In this document: positions 18,351 through 28,340 of the stretch, one piece after another
Layout of the letters: each line of letters starts with the position of its first letter
How positions within the stretch are numbered: position 1 is the first letter of the stretch
From: Spongiibacteraceae bacterium
GTDB lineage: Bacteria; Pseudomonadota; Gammaproteobacteria; Pseudomonadales; Dasaniaceae
NCBI GenBank assembly: GCA_041677245.1
Contig: JBAYQJ010000007.1
Location: 50,861 to 114,860 of the forward strand
Reading direction: 5' to 3'
DNA length: 64,000 bases
Notes under the pieces: generated by a model
Database searches by the model: none
Told to the model about the DNA's origin: nothing
What the model saw: the letters and a program-made list of their open reading frames with translations, nothing else
Program-made: the position numbers and the translations under genes

Positions 18351-18971
18351 TTATAGTGCTTTGGTATTTTTGTTGTGTGCGGCTTTAAAGAGGTCAAATA
18401 CATATTTATTTCTTGTCGGTGAAATACCGACACGATTACTTTGCTTGGCAGCGTCATCCCATTTTTCTGATTTAATAAATCCATTGAGTTTGACGTATTG
18501 TTTTTTGAGTTTGGTAATGCCTAGGTTGAACACCATATCAAACAAGGCCTTTTGTATATCGATGGGCATGGTATCAAAGGCTGTAGTGAAGCCGTTAGCG
18601 GTTGTGTAATAGTCTGTAAGTTCTTTGTAAAATGAGAGTATATGTTCGTCACGCTGTGCATCGATATCTGCGTCTTCCATTATCAATGTGGTGTATTTGT
18701 TAAAAGAGGCAGCTCCGTAACTTCTGCCAAAGGGGCGTTTCTTTATCGAATCGTATTCGGCATATTTTTCGGTGGTAGTCGCTAATACAAGCAGGTTGTT
18801 TGCCCCTTTTTTGTACATTGTAACAGCGCTAATTGCCGCTTTGTTTGGCAGCATATGGCCTATGCCGACAGTGACCTTGCCGACTGTGTCCAAATATAAA
18901 TGCGGGATTCGCCCTTCGTATTTTTCAATATTTTCACTAACTTCCGTTTTTACTATTGCGCTCAGTGGCAT
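18351..18971 (-). CDS. T4-type (GH24) lysozyme family muramidase, no signal peptide
   Basis: In YEGRIPHLYLDTVGKVTVGIGH, Glu, Asp(+9) and Thr(+15) are spaced as in T4 lysozyme E11/D20/T26. C-terminal KWDDAAKQSNRVGISPTRNKYVFDLF parallels T4L [29 protein letters not shown]. Confidence 0.8.
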   Translation of the reverse strand: MPLSAIVKTEVSENIEKYEGRIPHLYLDTVGKVTVGIGHMLPNKAAISAVTMYKKGANNLLVLATTTEKYAEYDSIKKRPFGRSYGAASFNKYTTLIMEDADIDAQRDEHILSFYKELTDYYTTANGFTTAFDTMPIDIQKALFDMVFNLGITKLKKQYVKLNGFIKSEKWDDAAKQSNRVGISPTRNKYVFDLFKAAHNKNTKAL

Positions 18972-19743
18972 AAGTTATTTCCTTTTATATATTTTAATTC
19001 GTTTTTTTGGGGGGTATAGATTGATTTTCCCAGTTAATCCTTGGCTTGCTTGCGTTACAAAGTAGGATGTGGTTGCGTGTTAAAATTACAGCGCACCAAA
19101 CTCACTAATGGAAAAGAGTGAGCTGGCTAGCACCAGAGCGAACAAACGAATATGTGAAAATTAGCACAATCCCTGATGCCGAATACTTGCGTTGTGACAC
19201 GAGGTTTAAGATGCCACGATTTTATAAAGGTTCGAAATTTTAACAGTTTATTCCATTGCCCCTACAACATATACCAAAGGTAGGTTTAAGAGCGTACATA
19301 ACCCCTGCATTTAAGCTAAATACTAAAAAAAATCAACCTGTTGTAAAGTTCTACCTAAAGCTATACGCAGATATGTCATAGGAGCAACATATTTCTATGA
19401 GCAAGCAACTATCTGTCAAATCTTATCTGTGCTGCAACGGATTAGTAGTCAATTTCAGCACTGCCGCACCAGTGCCTGCCCTTGGGTAGCTACAGGGTAC
19501 AGATGCGGTATGACTTTTTTGAGACGGTGGCCAAGGTGATGATTGGTTCTTTTTGACTTATTGATTTGGCAGGTAGACTTGGTGGATCAAGATTCAAAGA
19601 AAATTTCCACCACTGGTTACAAGCATGCCACCATGGCTAGATCAGTGCAGTGACCGTCGTTAATGATGCTTAGTTGTCGAGCGAGACTTCATGGTTTAAA
19701 TCCTCTAAGCTGCGGGCTTAATTGAGCTGCCAAGGGTAAAGCG

Positions 19744-20421
19744 TTGAGCACAACTATCAGCAATATGGGTGATGATTTTATTGCGCCTCCTTGCCATGAA
19801 CAGATTGACATCATTTACGAAGATGCGCAGCTGCTGGTGATTAACAAGCCTAGCGGGCTGCTGAGTTTGTCGGGGAAGAACCCTGCCAATAAAGATTCTG
19901 TACATTATCGGATTCGGCAGAGTCACCCTGCGGCATTAATGGTGCATCGGCTGGATTTTGGTACGTCTGGTCTATTGCTATTGGCTTTGAGTAAAGGTGT
20001 GAATGCTCAACTTTGCGCACAGTTTCAGGCGCGCACGGTGGCGAAAACCTATATTGCCATTTTGCAGGGGCGCATCAGTGCTCAGCAAGGGGTGATCGAT
20101 TTCCCCATTGCCAAGGATAAAGACAATTTTCCTTATCAAAAAATCTGCTCATCAAGTGGTAAATCAGCGCAGAGTCGCTACCAGCTGTTGCAATATGAAG
20201 GTGACAATAGTCGGGTGGCGTTTGAGCCTATTACCGGAAGAACACATCAACTGCGCATACATAGTCGTGAGTTTGGCCACCCGATATTGGGCTGCGATCT
20301 TTATCATGCGCGTGGATCGCAGCATCAGGCGTCGCGCTTGCTGTTACATGCTAGCGATTTATCCTTTGATCATCCGTTGACAGGTCAACGCATCAGCTTG
20401 CACAGTCGCTGTCTGTTTTAA
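19744..20421 (+). CDS. rluA: RluA-family pseudouridine synthase (23S rRNA/tRNA dual specificity type)
   Basis: LLVINKPSGLLSL, HRLDFGTSGLLLLA, PITGRTHQLRIH and GHPILGCDLY match E. coli RluA blocks along the full length. TTG start at 19744, or ATG at 19765. Confidence 0.8.
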   Translation: MSTTISNMGDDFIAPPCHEQIDIIYEDAQLLVINKPSGLLSLSGKNPANKDSVHYRIRQSHPAALMVHRLDFGTSGLLLLALSKGVNAQLCAQFQARTVAKTYIAILQGRISAQQGVIDFPIAKDKDNFPYQKICSSSGKSAQSRYQLLQYEGDNSRVAFEPITGRTHQLRIHSREFGHPILGCDLYHARGSQHQASRLLLHASDLSFDHPLTGQRISLHSRCLF

Positions 20422-20494
20422 GTTTGCCCAATCCCTTGAGCATATACTTCGATCAGCGGTGAAGAAGGCGTTTGCTGTCGAAACTGCGGTGGGG

Positions 20495-20749
20495 TTATTC
20501 GTCGAGGGTATATACCTGCCCGATTAAGCACTCAATACCTTCTTGCTTAATGGTGTCGAGCACTTCATCCAGTGCTTGCTGATCAGTTTTGAACGGGTCT
20601 TCCCATACGGTGGAGTTGTTGTCTGTATCGACCACGTCCAAAATCCATTGGCCTTTACCATCGCTGTAGATGTTAACGCTAACAGTGTGACCATTGCTCT
20701 CGATTTCCTGGCAAAGGGGTGACATGGTTACTTCGGGGTTATTACTCAT
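20495..20749 (-). CDS. small acidic hypothetical protein
   Basis: 84-aa ORF whose ATG overlaps the stop of the upstream methyltransferase gene (ATGA). No recognisable motif. Confidence 0.5.
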   Translation of the reverse strand: MSNNPEVTMSPLCQEIESNGHTVSVNIYSDGKGQWILDVVDTDNNSTVWEDPFKTDQQALDEVLDTIKQEGIECLIGQVYTLDE

Positions 20750-21288
20750 GCTGATAGCTCGCTGGGTGACAATTGTGATGGTGTGGTTGATGGCTGCCGG
20801 GCTGGTTCTGGTGTTGAGGCAACAGGCAGTTTGTGGTGAAAAGCATAGTTATCGCCTTTAGCCATACGATCGTAAAGAATAACATTAACGGCGGCGGCGA
20901 GGTTCATACTACCTTTGGTAGGTACGTAGATGGTCTCGCTGCAAAATTTGGTGATGCTTTTTTTAAGCGTGCCGTCTTCGGGGCCAAAGATGTAAAATGC
21001 GCGTGGTGGATGTTTAAAGTCCGGTAACGGCGTTGCCCCTTCGATCAGGTCGACGGCGATGGGTACGCAGCCATAAGGAATAATGGTTTTTAGATCTTCG
21101 ACACCGATGAGGGGGATTTCTTCGTACACTTTTTGTGTGTCGGTACAAAATGACTGGGCGATATCGTAGCGCCTGCCCGTATAGAAAACTGAGCTGACAC
21201 CGTAGCAGCCAGCGGCGCGCATCACTGAGCCAACATTCTCGGGGGTTTTGGGGTTGAATAGGCCAATACAGGCGTAGTTTTTAGTCAT
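20746..21288 (-). CDS. SpoU/TrmH-family RNA 2'-O-methyltransferase
   Basis: IGLFNPKTPENVGSVMRAAGCYG, YIFGPEDGTL and VPTKGSMNLAAAVNVILYDR are the three SPOUT motifs. Pro/Ser/Thr-rich C-terminal tail. Confidence 0.8.
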   Translation of the reverse strand: MTKNYACIGLFNPKTPENVGSVMRAAGCYGVSSVFYTGRRYDIAQSFCTDTQKVYEEIPLIGVEDLKTIIPYGCVPIAVDLIEGATPLPDFKHPPRAFYIFGPEDGTLKKSITKFCSETIYVPTKGSMNLAAAVNVILYDRMAKGDNYAFHHKLPVASTPEPARQPSTTPSQLSPSELSA

Positions 21289-21447
21289 AATCTGGCTTGG
21301 TTGTTGAAATTAAAAATGGCCGGTCAAGGCGGCTGAATAGCGTGATTATACGCATTTTATGGCCAGGCTGGGGTTAGGTTTTTGCAAACTTGTTCTGCTT
21401 GGGTAAAGTGCGGTTATAGATTGAACACATATAGGTGGAGCTGAGCT

Positions 21448-21834
21448 TTGAAGGCGTGCAATTCCTGCGGCAAGTGCTGCATTAAATACAGCGATGGTGA
21501 TTTGTCGGCATCGCTAGCTGATATCGAAGGTTGGGAGTTGTTTAACCCCGAGATTCATGACTATGTGCGCGATGGCGAGATCTGGTTTGATCCGAGTAGT
21601 AAGCAACGATTAGCGCTGTGTCCGTGGTTGCGTAAAGAGCCTAATAAAAACCGATACAGTTGTGATATTTATCTTGATCGTCCGGAGGATTGTCGACATT
21701 ACCCCGTCACTATCGAGCAAATGGTGGGGGATGAGTGTGAGATGCTAGAGGTGCAGGATTTAAGCAAGCCCAAGCAAGCGCAGCAGAGTTTGAATCAATT
21801 AATGGCTGATAGTCGCCCGCCGTTTATTGTTTAG
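21448..21834 (+). CDS. YkgJ-family cysteine-cluster (zinc/iron-chelating) protein
   Basis: CNSCGKCCIKY plus later C...C pairs (ALCPWL, YSCDIYLDRPEDCRHYP). TTG start per the track. Confidence 0.7.
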   Translation: MKACNSCGKCCIKYSDGDLSASLADIEGWELFNPEIHDYVRDGEIWFDPSSKQRLALCPWLRKEPNKNRYSCDIYLDRPEDCRHYPVTIEQMVGDECEMLEVQDLSKPKQAQQSLNQLMADSRPPFIV

Positions 21835-21864
21835 GGCGGGCTCCTGTAGTTGCTGAGAGGCTGC

Positions 21865-22776
21865 TTATTTAGAGTCAGGCAGTTTAGCTGCGGGGCGCAC
21901 CCGTTGCTTTGCCCATTTTGCAAATTCTTCGCGGGTGCAGCTGTCGGTGGAGTTTTTTTGCGCGCCTTGTAATACCTTGTAAATAATCAGTGCCTTGCTG
22001 GGGTCGGGGTGGGAGGCATAGTCGATTACTTGGCGCACCGCCCATGCATTACCTGGGCGGTTGTTGCTATAAACCCCGCCTAATTCAACGTCTAGTAATT
22101 GTGCGGTACGTTGCTGTTGATGGCGCTGTGCGGCGAGGAATATCTGTTCTAGCTCCTCCGGGGCGACATCTACTACCCCACCGATTTCTCGTAGGCCATA
22201 TTGTATCGACTCAATAGGTAGGGGCGTTGCTTGGCCTATAGGAGGGTGTGGGTGGTAGTGCATGGTTGAAAGGGGGTAGCGTCGCCAGGCAAAGCAGTTA
22301 TTAAAAATGAGTGCCACGATAAGAATAATGAAACAGTTGACCAATACAGGCATTAATAAGTAGCTGTAACCTAGCTGCTGAATGCTGTCACCACCGACAA
22401 CGGCTACCAGTGCCGTGGCCCCGCCGGGTGGGTGAATACAGCGGCAAAGATGCATGGCACCAATGGCTAAACCAACTGCAGTGCCTGCGGCAATGATGGT
22501 GTTGGGGATTAATAAGGCGCAACTTACGCCGACAGCTGCGGAGCATAGATTACCGGCAATAAGGGCCCAGGGTTGCGACAAGGTACCGTGGGGGACGGCA
22601 AACAGTAAAACTGTTGATGCGCCCATGGATGGCACAATTGCAATGGTGCCCTCAGTGCCTAGCAATAGATAGCTAACTGCCATTACCGCGATAATGCTGA
22701 TGATACCGCCGATAGTTGCGATGACTTGTTCGTCAGAGCTTGGGGCGCTTTGGATGCCTAGCCATTGCAGTTTCAT
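21865..22776 (-). CDS. HPP family membrane protein with a C-terminal soluble domain
   Basis: Multi-TM N-terminus with the CIHPPGGATAL (HPP) motif. Confidence 0.75.
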   Translation of the reverse strand: MKLQWLGIQSAPSSDEQVIATIGGIISIIAVMAVSYLLLGTEGTIAIVPSMGASTVLLFAVPHGTLSQPWALIAGNLCSAAVGVSCALLIPNTIIAAGTAVGLAIGAMHLCRCIHPPGGATALVAVVGGDSIQQLGYSYLLMPVLVNCFIILIVALIFNNCFAWRRYPLSTMHYHPHPPIGQATPLPIESIQYGLREIGGVVDVAPEELEQIFLAAQRHQQQRTAQLLDVELGGVYSNNRPGNAWAVRQVIDYASHPDPSKALIIYKVLQGAQKNSTDSCTREEFAKWAKQRVRPAAKLPDSK

Positions 22777-22994
22777 GGAAACCCTTAATCCTAAAGTGTC
22801 GCGTTGTTATTGGGCAGAGGGGAGAGCCGAGCGAAAAAAGTCGGCAAGCTTAATGGTATTTGTGAGGTGAATAAATACTTAGGATGGGATTTGTTAAATT
22901 AAATGCCACTTTGAGAGTGGGTTAATGTGATTAAACCACCCATTTGGCAGCAATGCTGTAATCAAATGAGTGGTTTTTCTGTGCAGTTGAAGGC

Positions 22995-25160
22995 TTATCC
23001 TTGAGCTTTTAACGCCAGTCGTTTGCGATGTAATACTGGCTCGGTATAACCGTTGGGCTGTTTGTCGCCTTCAAAAATTAGCTCGCAGGCAGCTTGAAAG
23101 GCAATGCCATCAAAGCCGGGAGCCATATTATGGTAGGCGGGGTCGCCTGCATTCTGTTGGTCAACAATGGCAGCCATGCGCTGTAACGTTTCCTGTACTT
23201 GCTCTTTGCTACAGATACCGTGGCGCAACCAGTTGGCAATATGCTGGCTGGCGATCCGCAGGGTAGCGCGATCTTCCATTAAGCCTACGTTGTTGATGTC
23301 GGGTACTTTAGAGCAACCTACCCCTTGGTCAATCCAGCGGACTACATAGCCGAGGATTCCCTGGGTGTTGTTGTCCAGTTCATTTTGTATCTCTTGGGCG
23401 CTGAGCTGCTGCTCGCCCAGCAGGGGAATCGTTAGAATATCGTCTACACTAGCTCGAAGCCGGTGCTTAATGTGCTCCTGCTGGCTGGGTACATCAACTT
23501 GGTGGTAGTGCAGCGCGTGTAAGGTTGCAGCGGTTGGTGAGGGTACCCAGGCCGTATTAGCGCCAGCTTTAGGGTGGGCAATTTTGGCAGCCATCATTTT
23601 TGCCATGTTGTCGGGTTCTGGCCACATGCCCTTGCCAATTTGTGCTTTACCTTGTAAGCCGCAGGCCAGGCCTATATCAACGTTTTGATCTTCGTAAGCA
23701 CCGATCCACGTCATGGTTTTAAGCTGTGCTTTGGGGGCAAAGGCACCTGCTTCCATGCTGGTATGAATCTCATCGCCGGTCCGATCAAGAAAACCGGTAT
23801 TGATAAAAACCACACGTTCTTTGGCGGCGCGGATGCATTCTTTCAGATTGACAGAGGTGCGTCGCTCTTCGTCCATAATGCCGACTTTAAGTGTATTGCG
23901 AGGCAGTTTTAACGCTTGTTCAATACGGCCAAAAAGCTCATTGGTAAAGGCGACTTCTTCAGGGCCGTGCATTTTAGGCTTGACGATATTGATGCTGGCC
24001 GCAGTGGAGTTTTTAAATGGATTGCTGCCTTTCAGGTCGTGGATGGCGGCAAAGGATGTCACTATACCGTCAAGAATGCCTTCGGGTATTTCGTTGCCGT
24101 CTTTATCTAGAATAGCCGAATTGGTCATCAGGTGGCCAACGTTGCGGACAAACAACATGCTGCGGCCTTTGAGGCTAAAGCTGCTGCCATCGGCGGCGGT
24201 GTAGTTACGATCCGGATTCATACTGCGGATAATCGTTTTACCGCCTTTTTCTAAAGATTCGGTTAAATCGCCTTTCATTAAACCTAGCCAATTGCGGTAG
24301 GCAAGGGCTTTATCTTCGGCATCGACAGCGGCGACGGAGTCTTCACAATCCATAATAGTGGTGAGGGCCGCCTCGAGCACAATGTCTTTTACCCCTGCGC
24401 TATCACCTTGGCCGATATGATGGTTGCGATCGATCTGAATTTCGATGTGTAAGTGGTTGTGTTTGAGCAAGATGGCAGTAGGTGTCGCGGCGTCGCCGCA
24501 GAAACCGGCAAACTGGCTACGATCTGCGAGTGATGTGGTGCTGCCATCGGTGAGGGTGATGACTAATTGCTGGTCTTTCACGCTGTATTGGCTGGCGCTA
24601 TGGTGTGAGCCTTGGGTCAAGGGGGTGGCGCTGTCCAAAAACTCGCGGCCATAGTTGATTACCTTGTCGCCCCGAACCGGGTTGTAGGCGGCAGTTTTTT
24701 CAGCGCCGTTTTCTTCGCTGATAACATCGGTGCCGTAGAGTGCATCGTACAGACTGCCCCAGCGCGCATTGGCGGCGTTGAGCGCAAAGCGCGCATTCAT
24801 GATGGGTACGACGAGCTGCGGGCCAGCCTGTAGGGCTATCTCTGGCTCTACACTAGCGGTACTGATATCAAAATCATCGCCTGCGGGCACTAAATAGCCA
24901 ATTTCAGTTAAAAATTGTTTATAAGCGACGGGGTTGTGCGGGCCTTGATGCTCGCGGTGCCAGTTATCAATAGCGGCTTGTAGCTGATCGCGTTTCGCCA
25001 GTAAGGCGCGGTTTTTGGGGGCAAGATCGTCCAATATTTGTTCTAGCGATTGCCAAAATGCGGCGGGTTCTATCCCAGTGCCGGGGGCGACCTCATCATT
25101 AATGAAATGGTAGAGTTGTTCTGCAATCTGCAGGCCGCCCTGCTGGATACGCTGAGTCAT
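22995..25160 (-). CDS. glcB: malate synthase G
   Basis: 721 aa with family-typical blocks throughout ([74 protein letters not shown]). Confidence 0.95.
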   Translation of the reverse strand: MTQRIQQGGLQIAEQLYHFINDEVAPGTGIEPAAFWQSLEQILDDLAPKNRALLAKRDQLQAAIDNWHREHQGPHNPVAYKQFLTEIGYLVPAGDDFDISTASVEPEIALQAGPQLVVPIMNARFALNAANARWGSLYDALYGTDVISEENGAEKTAAYNPVRGDKVINYGREFLDSATPLTQGSHHSASQYSVKDQQLVITLTDGSTTSLADRSQFAGFCGDAATPTAILLKHNHLHIEIQIDRNHHIGQGDSAGVKDIVLEAALTTIMDCEDSVAAVDAEDKALAYRNWLGLMKGDLTESLEKGGKTIIRSMNPDRNYTAADGSSFSLKGRSMLFVRNVGHLMTNSAILDKDGNEIPEGILDGIVTSFAAIHDLKGSNPFKNSTAASINIVKPKMHGPEEVAFTNELFGRIEQALKLPRNTLKVGIMDEERRTSVNLKECIRAAKERVVFINTGFLDRTGDEIHTSMEAGAFAPKAQLKTMTWIGAYEDQNVDIGLACGLQGKAQIGKGMWPEPDNMAKMMAAKIAHPKAGANTAWVPSPTAATLHALHYHQVDVPSQQEHIKHRLRASVDDILTIPLLGEQQLSAQEIQNELDNNTQGILGYVVRWIDQGVGCSKVPDINNVGLMEDRATLRIASQHIANWLRHGICSKEQVQETLQRMAAIVDQQNAGDPAYHNMAPGFDGIAFQAACELIFEGDKQPNGYTEPVLHRKRLALKAQG

Positions 25161-25286
25161 GGTTTAATCCTTTGCGTTCGGTGACATAAGCTATGGATAG
25201 ACAATAGTGCCAAGAATCTTACAATCACCCCTTGGATTTTGCTAGGTTATAGCTTTCATTTTGAGTATTCATGTTGTGAATGGCGG

Positions 25287-26246
25287 TCAGTGGCCGCTTT
25301 TGGTTTTTGCCATAATGTCTTGGGCGACCTCTACGATTAATCGGCGCATCCAGGTGTGACCGGGGTTGTGGTGCAGTAATGGGCTCCAGGCTATTTTCAA
25401 CTCTATAGGCACGATGGGAAAAGGCGGTGGCTTGATCGTGAGGTTGCCGTGGCGGGTATGCAGGAGTGCTGCTTGTCGGGGTAGAGTGGCGATTAAATCT
25501 GGCTGCTCTGCTAACAGTGCGGCTACTTGATAGTGCCGAGTAAATACGCGGATATGGCGCGCTTTGTCGATGTCGGCCAGCGCTTCGTCTACCCAGCCGA
25601 GGCGTTGAGTGTCGCCGGGGGTCATGCCTACGCCAACCCCCATGCCGGTTTTGCTGACCCAGATATGCTGGGCTGCCAAGTAGCTGTCGAGGGTGAAGTC
25701 TTCCAAAATAGGGTTGTCGTTACTCATCAAGCACGTGAAGTTGTCTCGCCACACATTCATTTGATGAAAGGATTGTGGCAGATAGTCAAAGCGGTTGATG
25801 GCCATGTCGATCTTACCTTTCTCTACATCCTGAAAAGTTACATCACTGGGGGTGAGGATATCGAGACGAATGTGTGGGGCGATGTGGCGTATGGCGGTGA
25901 GCAGGCCTGGCAGCATGGTGGATTCGGCATAGTCGCTGGCCATAATGCGGAATACCCGGTCACTTTCAGCTACGTCAAACTCGGCGGAAGGCTGTATGGC
26001 TTTTTCAACGCCGGATAAAATTTCACGAATCTGCGGGGCTAGCTCCAGTGCCCGCTCGGTCGGAGTCATGCCTTGGCTGGTGCGAATGAGTAGCGGATCA
26101 TTGAACAAATCTCTCAGGCGGCGCAGGCTATTACTCATTGCAGGTTGAGTGATGCCCAGCTGATCAGCAGCCTTGGTGACGTTTTTTTCTCGCAGGAGTA
26201 CGTCTAAGTACACAAGCAGGTTGAGGTCAACGCGCGATATATTCAT
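25287..26246 (-). CDS. LysR family transcriptional regulator
   Basis: N-terminal HTH MNISRVDLNLLVYLDVLLREKNVTKAADQLGITQPAMSNSLRRLR, followed by a substrate-binding domain. Confidence 0.9.
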   Translation of the reverse strand: MNISRVDLNLLVYLDVLLREKNVTKAADQLGITQPAMSNSLRRLRDLFNDPLLIRTSQGMTPTERALELAPQIREILSGVEKAIQPSAEFDVAESDRVFRIMASDYAESTMLPGLLTAIRHIAPHIRLDILTPSDVTFQDVEKGKIDMAINRFDYLPQSFHQMNVWRDNFTCLMSNDNPILEDFTLDSYLAAQHIWVSKTGMGVGVGMTPGDTQRLGWVDEALADIDKARHIRVFTRHYQVAALLAEQPDLIATLPRQAALLHTRHGNLTIKPPPFPIVPIELKIAWSPLLHHNPGHTWMRRLIVEVAQDIMAKTKSGH

Positions 26247-26398
26247 TGAATAAATGCCATTTTAAAAAAGTATAAATTATCGTGATTCAGTGTGGTTTTC
26301 CAGTTTTTGCTATAACTAATTATAACTGCTACCCGAATAGGCTTGCTGGAGGGGGTAGTGCGGTTGTGGCGGCATATTAGTGTGATTACCAAACCCTA

Positions 26399-26415
26399 CA
26401 TTCATGCAATGAATG
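26399..26415. promoter_or_regulatory. palindrome CATTCATGCAATGAATG containing a T-N11-A LysR-type box
   Basis: Read directly. Lies between the LysR gene and aceA, about 95 bp upstream of the aceA ATG. Confidence 0.3.
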
Positions 26416-26506
26416 CCGAAAATAAAAACTATAAACTTCATAAATTATCCTGAGGGGCATAAGCTGTGTTCATCAAATCACTGTTCTGCCCTTTAGAGGA
26501 TTTACC

Positions 26507-28105
26507 ATGTCAAATTATAGTAAGGATATCGACGCCGTAGCCACCCTTCGCCAACAACAGGGTGGTACTTGGAATGCGATCAATCCTGAGTCAGCCGCTC
26601 GAATGCGCGCTCAGAACCGTTTTAAAACCGGTATTGATATCGCCAAGTACACCGCAGCCATTATGCGTAAAGATATGGCTGACTACGATGCAGACAGTGC
26701 TCAGTACACTCAATCGCTGGGTTGTTGGCATGGTTTTATTGGTCAGCAAAAAATGCTGGCAATCAAAAAACACCATGGCACTACCGATAAACGTTACTTG
26801 TATCTTTCTGGTTGGATGGTTGCCGCGTTGCGCTCTGAGTTTGGTCCTTTACCTGATCAATCGATGCATGAAAAAACTTCTGTTTCTGCTTTGATCGAAG
26901 AGTTGTACACCTTCTTGCGTCAAGCGGATGCCCGTGAGCTGGGTCATTTATTTCATGAGTTAGATGATGCCCGCGCCAATAGTGACGAAGTAGCTGCCAA
27001 GGCAGTGCAAGATGCAATAGATAACTATGAGACACATATTGTTCCTATTATTGCCGATATTGATGCTGGGTTTGGTAACGAAGAGGCTACCTATCTATTG
27101 GCGAAACAAATGATTGAGGCGGGTGCTTGCTGTATTCAAATTGAAAACCAGGTATCTGATGCCAAGCAGTGTGGTCACCAGGATGGCAAGGTAACCGTTC
27201 CGCATGAAGATTTCCTCGCTAAAATCAATGCAGTTCGTTACGCATTTTTAGAGCTGGGTGTGGATGATGGCGTTATCGTTGCGCGCACCGATTCTTTGGG
27301 TGCTGGCCTGACTCAGAAAATCCCGGTATCGACATCAGCTGGCGATTTGGCGCATAAATATAACGCGTTTTTAGAAATCACTCCTGTTAATAGTGCCGAT
27401 GATGTTAATGAAGGTGATGTGGTAATCAAGCAAGACGGTAAGTTAGTTAAGCCAGTGCGTTTGCCTAACGGTTTGTACAAGTTTAAAGCCGGTACGGGTG
27501 AAGAGCGTTGCGTGTTGGATTGTATTACCAGCTTGCAAAACGGTGCCGACCTGTTGTGGATCGAAACTGAAAAGCCCCATGTTGGTCAGATTGGAGCGAT
27601 GGTTGATGAGATCCGCAAGGCGGTTCCAAATGCTAAGTTGGTTTATAACAACTCACCTTCCTTCAACTGGACGCTGAACTTTCGTCAGCAAGTATTTGAT
27701 GATTGGGCGGCTGCAGGTAAAGATGTTACTGCTTACAACCGCGACGGTCTGATGAGTGTTGATTATGATGAAACTCCGTTGTCGATCGAAGCAGACAACC
27801 GTATTCGCACGTTCCAAGCTGATGCAGCACGTGAGGCAGGTATTTTCCATCACTTGATTACACTGCCAACTTACCATACGGCAGCGTTGTCTACCGATAA
27901 TCTAGCTAAAGGTTATTTTGGTGAAGAGGGTATGCTGGCTTATGTTGCCGGAGTACAGCGTAAAGAAATTCGCCAAGGTTTGGCCTGTGTTAAGCACCAG
28001 GACATGGCTGGTTCAAATATGGGTGATGATCACAAAGAGTATTTCTCCGGTGAGCAGGCGTTGAAAGCCTCTGGCGAAGATAACACCATGAACCAGTTTG
28101 GTTAA
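26507..28105 (+). CDS. aceA: isocitrate lyase (long, ~530-aa form)
   Basis: KQCGHQDGK catalytic signature, IIADIDAGFGN, WIETEKP. Confidence 0.95.
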   Translation: MSNYSKDIDAVATLRQQQGGTWNAINPESAARMRAQNRFKTGIDIAKYTAAIMRKDMADYDADSAQYTQSLGCWHGFIGQQKMLAIKKHHGTTDKRYLYLSGWMVAALRSEFGPLPDQSMHEKTSVSALIEELYTFLRQADARELGHLFHELDDARANSDEVAAKAVQDAIDNYETHIVPIIADIDAGFGNEEATYLLAKQMIEAGACCIQIENQVSDAKQCGHQDGKVTVPHEDFLAKINAVRYAFLELGVDDGVIVARTDSLGAGLTQKIPVSTSAGDLAHKYNAFLEITPVNSADDVNEGDVVIKQDGKLVKPVRLPNGLYKFKAGTGEERCVLDCITSLQNGADLLWIETEKPHVGQIGAMVDEIRKAVPNAKLVYNNSPSFNWTLNFRQQVFDDWAAAGKDVTAYNRDGLMSVDYDETPLSIEADNRIRTFQADAAREAGIFHHLITLPTYHTAALSTDNLAKGYFGEEGMLAYVAGVQRKEIRQGLACVKHQDMAGSNMGDDHKEYFSGEQALKASGEDNTMNQFG

Positions 28106-28148
28106 TGCTTTGAGTGATTAAAAGTTTGAATACCTTCCCGGTATTTGC

Positions 28149-28171
28149 AGGCGGCTTCGGCCGCCTTTTTT
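28149..28171 (+). terminator. rho-independent terminator after aceA
   Basis: AGGCGGC ttcg GCCGCCT followed by TTTTT. Confidence 0.7.
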
Positions 28172-28340
28172 GATGGTGGATTATCGCTTTAGTGGCTGCC
28201 TCCTTGATCATCTCTTTTGCTGTATTGCGCAGTGAGCGCAATAGTCGTTGGCGCTGGTTCTTTAGGGCTTGTTTAATTGTCGTGGCTGTTGTTCAATTTC
28301 GATTGTTTGTTTTAATTAATTTTTTATCCAGGCGGTTTGT

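Noticed and set aside
17648-18971. Interpretation of the lysozyme pair as a prophage lysis cassette
   Set aside because: There is no holin, spanin-sized gene, integrase, structural gene or tRNA attachment site in the window, and the downstream protein (230 aa) is too large for an o-spanin. A very decayed prophage remnant cannot be excluded.
25527-26018. 163-aa ORF antisense to the LysR gene
   Set aside because: It is a shadow of a strongly supported gene, with no motif and typical antisense composition.
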